DNA of 18,717 nucleotides from a virus (Duplodnaviria; Heunggongvirae; Uroviricota; Caudoviricetes): IMG/VR virus record IMGVR_UViG_2703718806_000010, positions 1 to 18,717 of that record; one strand, 5' to 3'. Shown piece by piece: positions 16,108 to 18,717 of this stretch (position 1 is its first letter; each line of letters starts with the position of its first letter). The notes under the pieces were generated by a model. It saw only the letters and a program-made list of their open reading frames with translations, ran no database searches and was not told where the DNA came from. The position numbers and the translations under genes were made by a program.

Positions 16108-16770
16108 ATGACCATGCAACTCGCTGTAGAATCCCTCGTCGTCGTTACTTACTCTAACGTCCCTGTAATAACAACAGGGTTATTGGCAAATCTATACAAA
16201 ACTGAAGAAAAACATATACGGCAGAACTTCAAACGTAATGAATGTCGTTTCATTGCAGGAAAACACTTCTTTAAAGTAAGTGGCTGTGAACTTGATAGTT
16301 TGCGAACCTCTCAAAGAGGTTTACAAATTTCCCCAAAAACCCGCTCCCTCATCCTCTGGACAGAACGCGGCGCTGCCCGTCATGCAAAAATGCTCGAAAC
16401 CGATCAGGCGTGGGAAGTGTTCGAAAAACTGGAAGACTGCTATTTCAGCCAGGGAAAAACAACACAAACCGAACAGCAGCCGCAGATTCAGCCGCAATTC
16501 ACAGCCGAGGAAATCATCCTCCTTTGCTACATGCAGTTCTGGATGGAAAAAGCCCAGGACCTCAGCAAACACCTGTATCCCATCATGAAAGAGCTGAACT
16601 CATCATACACGAACAAGCTGTATGACATTGCGTTTGAGACTATCTACATGGTGACGAAGAACAAGGAAGCACTACTGCGGGAGGCGGCACAGCTTGACCA
16701 GTCAAGTTTCGTTGTCCAGCGGGCCAGACCAATGCTGAAAAGCCTGCGGGCAAGACAATTTGAATTCTGA
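16108..16770 (+). CDS. ORF6N-domain antirepressor-like protein (220 aa), full length with C-terminal extension
   Basis: AAAGGAGG Shine-Dalgarno 6 nt upstream; N-terminal ORF6N motif as in the upstream paralog plus a 115-aa C-terminal region. Confidence 0.8.
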   Translation: MTMQLAVESLVVVTYSNVPVITTGLLANLYKTEEKHIRQNFKRNECRFIAGKHFFKVSGCELDSLRTSQRGLQISPKTRSLILWTERGAARHAKMLETDQAWEVFEKLEDCYFSQGKTTQTEQQPQIQPQFTAEEIILLCYMQFWMEKAQDLSKHLYPIMKELNSSYTNKLYDIAFETIYMVTKNKEALLREAAQLDQSSFVVQRARPMLKSLRARQFEF

Positions 16771-16774
16771 AACC

Positions 16775-16798
16775 AAAGGAGCTTCGGCTCCTTTTTTG
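16775..16798 (+). terminator. Rho-independent terminator after the ORF6N gene
   Basis: AAAGGAGC-TTCG-GCTCCTTT hairpin with TTCG loop followed by TTTTTTG. Confidence 0.7.
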
Positions 16799-16824
16799 TT
16801 GGGAAAATCCAGTGAGAGGGAATA

Positions 16825-17235
16825 ATGAACCAGACTATCTTCCTCCGAAGTAAGCAGCAGCAACAATTCGCCATTAACGCAATCCTTGCAACAACTCTCG
16901 ATAAAGACAAACCCGTTACGATCCGCATCACCGATTACAAGCGGAATCTCGATCAAAATGCCAAATTTCACGCGATGGTCGCTGATATCTCCCGACAGGT
17001 TCAGTGGTGCGGCAGATGGCTAAAACCAGAACAGTGGAAAGTTTTGTTAATCAGTGGTCATGCCGTGGCGACAAAACAGGAAGCTGATGTTTTGCCAGGT
17101 CTTGAAGGTGAATACGTCAATATCCGCGAAAGCAGTGCGCAGATGAGCGTGAAGCGTATGGCAAGCCTGATTGAGTACACAACTTCCTGGGCTGTGGAGC
17201 AGGGTGTCAGATTTACCGACAGGAGGTATGAATGA
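16825..17235 (+). CDS. ninB: NinB (136 aa)
   Basis: Similarity to recalled lambda NinB (...LDQN.K...DVSRQV.W.GRWL..E.WK...); first gene of the nin cluster. Confidence 0.88.
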   Translation: MNQTIFLRSKQQQQFAINAILATTLDKDKPVTIRITDYKRNLDQNAKFHAMVADISRQVQWCGRWLKPEQWKVLLISGHAVATKQEADVLPGLEGEYVNIRESSAQMSVKRMASLIEYTTSWAVEQGVRFTDRRYE

Positions 17236-17423
17236 GACGACAGCGACGAAGCATTACCGATATAGTCTGTGAAAACTGCAATTACCTTCCAACGAAACGC
17301 TCCCGAAATAAACCCAGGCCAATCCCCAACGAATCTGATGTAAAAACCTTCAATTATACGTCTCACCTGTGGGATGTCCGGTGGCTCAGACGTCGTGCAA
17401 GATTTAATAGTCACTCCGGATAG
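17232..17423 (+). CDS. ninE: NinE (63 aa)
   Basis: [50 protein letters not shown] matches recalled lambda NinE almost residue for residue; ATGA overlap with the ninB stop. Confidence 0.88.
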   Translation: MRRQRRSITDIVCENCNYLPTKRSRNKPRPIPNESDVKTFNYTSHLWDVRWLRRRARFNSHSG

Positions 17424-17443
17424 TTCAATGTACGAGGAATAAG

Positions 17444-17737
17444 ATGATGGCAAACCTACGCAAAGAAGCGCGTGGCAGAGAATGTCAGGTACGGATTTAC
17501 GGCGTATGCAATGGCAATCCTGAAACTACAGTTTTGGCGCATTACCGAATGGCTGGAATTTGCGGAAGGGGAATGAAGCCAGATGACCTGTTGGCTGCAT
17601 GGGCCTGTAGTGACTGCCATAATGAAATCGATCGCCGTACTCGCATTCTCGACAACAACGACGCCAGACTTTACCGCCTGGAAGGCGTGATCAGGACGCA
17701 GGCGATACTGCTGAAGGAGGGGAAAATTAAGTCATGA
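17444..17737 (+). CDS. ybcO: Cys-rich nin-region protein (97 aa), YbcO-like (DUF1364) by gene context
   Basis: Position between ninE and rusA as in DLP12 (ninE-ybcO-rusA); conserved Cys/His (C..C...H...C..C.SDCHNEID); GAGGAA RBS; the family name is recalled, not verified. Confidence 0.55.
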   Translation: MMANLRKEARGRECQVRIYGVCNGNPETTVLAHYRMAGICGRGMKPDDLLAAWACSDCHNEIDRRTRILDNNDARLYRLEGVIRTQAILLKEGKIKS

Positions 17738-18096
17738 ATGAATATGAGTTTGTGCTTCCCTGGCCGCCGACGGTGAATACCTACTGGCGAAGACGGGGAA
17801 GCCAGTACTACATCAGCGATAAAGGCCAGAAATACCGAAAAGACGTACAGCAAATCATCCGGCAACTCAGATTAGACATTTTCACTAAATCACGACTTCG
17901 CATCACAATTATTGCTGAACCACCAGATTCCCGTCGTCGCGACCTCGATAACATCCTGAAAGGTTTACTCGACTCTCTTATCTACGCCGGATTTGCGGAA
18001 GACGACGAGCAATTCGATGACATTCGCGTAATTCGCGGCGTGAAAGTGCCTGGCGGTAGAGTGGGGATAAAAATCACCGAACTGGAGAACATTTGA
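17734..18096 (+). CDS. rusA: RusA Holliday-junction resolvase (120 aa)
   Basis: LPWPP..N.Y.R......Y.S..GQ.YR..V...I......D..RRRDLDN..K...D.L..AGF..DD.Q. matches recalled E. coli RusA; same length. Confidence 0.92.
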   Translation: MNEYEFVLPWPPTVNTYWRRRGSQYYISDKGQKYRKDVQQIIRQLRLDIFTKSRLRITIIAEPPDSRRRDLDNILKGLLDSLIYAGFAEDDEQFDDIRVIRGVKVPGGRVGIKITELENI

Positions 18097-18290
18097 TGAA
18101 TGCTAAAATTCAAACGATACCTGAATTACTGATCTGCACCAGGGGAAATCAGACAGAAGTCGCCAGAATACTGAACTGCAATCGTGCCACAGTCAGAAAA
18201 TACATTGATGATAAAGATGCGAAAAAGCACGCCGTCGTCAATGGCGTCCTTATGGTTCATCGCGGATGGGGTAAAGATACTGATGCGTGA
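18096..18290 (+). CDS. ninH: NinH (64 aa)
   Basis: ...KTIPD.L....[33 protein letters not shown] matches recalled lambda NinH. Confidence 0.82.
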   Translation: MNAKIQTIPELLICTRGNQTEVARILNCNRATVRKYIDDKDAKKHAVVNGVLMVHRGWGKDTDA

Positions 18291-18717
18291 TATCCGGCAG
18301 GTTCTTGAGCGCTGGGGTGCATGGGCGGCAAATAACTATGAGGATGTTACATGGTCGCCCATTGCTGCCGGATTTAAGGGACTGATCCCCGAAAAAGTAA
18401 AATCACGTCCACAGTGTTGTGACGATGACGCGATGATTATATGCGGGTGTATGGCTCGCCTTAACAGGAACAACAGTGATCTGCATGACTTGCTGGTTGA
18501 TTATTACGTGTTGGGGGAGACGTTCATGGCGCTGGCACGGAAACATGGGTGCTCTGACACCTGTATAGGTAAACGCCTTCACAAAGCGGAGGGGATTGTT
18601 GAAGGCATGCTGATGATGCTGGGAGTGAGGCTTGAGATGGATCGGTATGTTGAGCGTGAATTGCCGGGAGGGAGAACCTCTGTATTTTATCAGCGAAAAA
18701 ATAGTTTACGATCGTAA
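18283..18717 (+). CDS. Q: Late-gene antiterminator Q, QuuD-type (144 aa from ATG at 18283)
   Basis: [92 protein letters not shown] matches recalled DLP12 QuuD; ATGCGTGA start/stop overlap with ninH; the ORF ends at the window edge. Confidence 0.85.
   Translation: MRDIRQVLERWGAWAANNYEDVTWSPIAAGFKGLIPEKVKSRPQCCDDDAMIICGCMARLNRNNSDLHDLLVDYYVLGETFMALARKHGCSDTCIGKRLHKAEGIVEGMLMMLGVRLEMDRYVERELPGGRTSVFYQRKNSLRS

Larger units (their letters stand above)
1..18717. mobile_element. Lambdoid prophage early region (integration, recombination, immunity, replication, nin and Q modules); window starts at the int stop codon and ends at the Q stop codon
   Basis: Gene order int-xis-exo-bet-gam...N-nutL-pL-cI-OR-cro-nutR-cII-replication-nin-Q with the expected strand polarity; each module recognised from its translation. 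Confidence 0.93.

Overview
This window is the early region of a mosaic lambdoid prophage from an enterobacterium, read from the integrase stop codon to the late antiterminator Q. Leftward (minus strand): int, xis, a small ORF, exo-bet-gam (lambda Red/Gam), a 684-aa acidic protein of unknown function, a 128-aa gene in an AT-rich island, a Kil-like gene, an intrinsic terminator, two unknown genes, then an N-type antiterminator with nutL and a candidate pL. Immunity region: cI-like repressor (HTH + S24 peptidase) and Cro-like gene flanking a 72-bp operator region, then nutR and cII. Rightward: a replication module with a DnaT-like initiator and a DnaC-like helicase loader, three accessory genes (one Ren-like), a mixed-orientation low-GC cargo region (89-aa gene, XRE/HigA-like regulator, signal-peptide protein, two ORF6N antirepressor-like genes behind duplicated promoter-leader cassettes), then ninB-ninE-ybcO-rusA-ninH-Q. 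No rRNA, tRNA or CRISPR was seen. The best candidates for undescribed biology are the 684-aa acidic protein in the Red/Gam operon, the duplicated promoter/leader-RNA/ORF6N cassettes, and the regulator plus secreted-protein cargo pair. All identifications rest on reading the translations and recalled family features; no database search was run.
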